The notes beneath the pieces are model-generated. The model had not been told where the DNA came from. It worked only from the letters and a program-made list of their open reading frames with translations, and searched no databases. Shown piece after piece: positions 26,908 through 27,072 of a stretch of 27,072 nucleotides of DNA. The translations under genes were made by a program, and so were the position numbers. Numbering within the stretch: the stretch's first letter is position 1; the number at the start of each line of letters is the position of its first letter. Where the stretch lies: contig DYKW01000001.1 in the NCBI GenBank assembly GCA_020722405.1, positions 18,880 to 45,951 of the forward strand, in the 5' to 3' direction. Source of the stretch: Anaerolinea thermophila (GTDB lineage: Bacteria > Chloroflexota > Anaerolineae > Anaerolineales > DRKV01).

Positions 26908-27072
26908 TAGGCTGGAGTCTAACCATTGATGATGCCATCTACTCTACTGTCCATCTGTGGATTAAGGAAAAGATATTTCGACTATCCGCTGGTTTTCGCC
27001 AGATTCTAGTTACAAGTTACCTATTTTCCGCTACCCTTCAGGTAGGGTTTGGTTGGATAGGCGATATCGCCA

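Larger units (their letters stand above)
25551..26947 (+). mobile_element. 5'-truncated, degenerate group II intron fragment (DV + DVI), interrupted by IS630
   Basis: DV-like AAGCCGGATGAGGGAAAATCGCATGTCCAGTTT (25612-25644, AGC triad, two mismatches), then GACGAGGGGGAGTAGA. After the IS, ...CATCTACTCTAC ends at 26947 (typical 3' end, A at -7). No RT ORF. The 5' boundary is approximate. Confidence 0.8.
25511..26960. repeat. Palindromic hairpin repeat split by the intron/IS insertion (arms 25511-25550 and 26948-26960)
   Basis: Left arm CCGCAGAT-TT-ACACGG-GTTTT. Rejoining AAAAC(TG) with TGTCCATCTGTGG restores the complementary arm AAAAC-TGTGT-CC-ATCTGTGG. Confidence 0.55.

Noticed and set aside
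27060-27071. Perfect 12-bp palindrome GGCGATATCGCC and a possible minus-strand gene tail (GDIAYPTKPYLKGSGK*)
   Set aside because: It lies at the window edge with too little context; a single palindrome is plausible by chance.
1-27072. CRISPR array or tRNA-anchored integrated element
   Set aside because: I saw no regularly spaced repeats, no integrase and no duplicated tRNA 3' end.

Overview
Most of the window (1-24110, minus strand) is one tightly coupled signalling locus. The gene style suggests Chloroflexota/Anaerolineae, which is an inference. In transcription order it holds two stand-alone DivK/CheY-like receivers, a soluble MshEN-GAF-GAF-GAF protein, eight paralogous membrane sensors, an orphan NMT1/THI5-type binding lipoprotein embedded among them, a ParA/Soj ATPase, and a PAS-GAF protein that the ORF track missed and that runs off the left edge. 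The eight sensors have different inputs (dCache, 7TM, multi-TM bundles), but all end in the same S-helix/GAF1/short GAF2/truncated-GAF tail. None has a kinase, cyclase, phosphodiesterase, MCP or DNA-binding output. The PAS-GAF protein starts with a ParB-like basic peptide. My hypothesis is a non-Che receptor array that signals through GAF-GAF contacts to a shared hub positioned by ParA. The right end carries a Zn-ribbon ORF, tRNA-Gly(CCC) with a consensus promoter and terminator, a CatB/Vat-like acetyltransferase, and a three-layer nested insertion: an IS630 inside domain VI of a 5'-truncated group II intron, which itself splits a hairpin repeat. No database searches were run; all calls come from reading motifs by eye.
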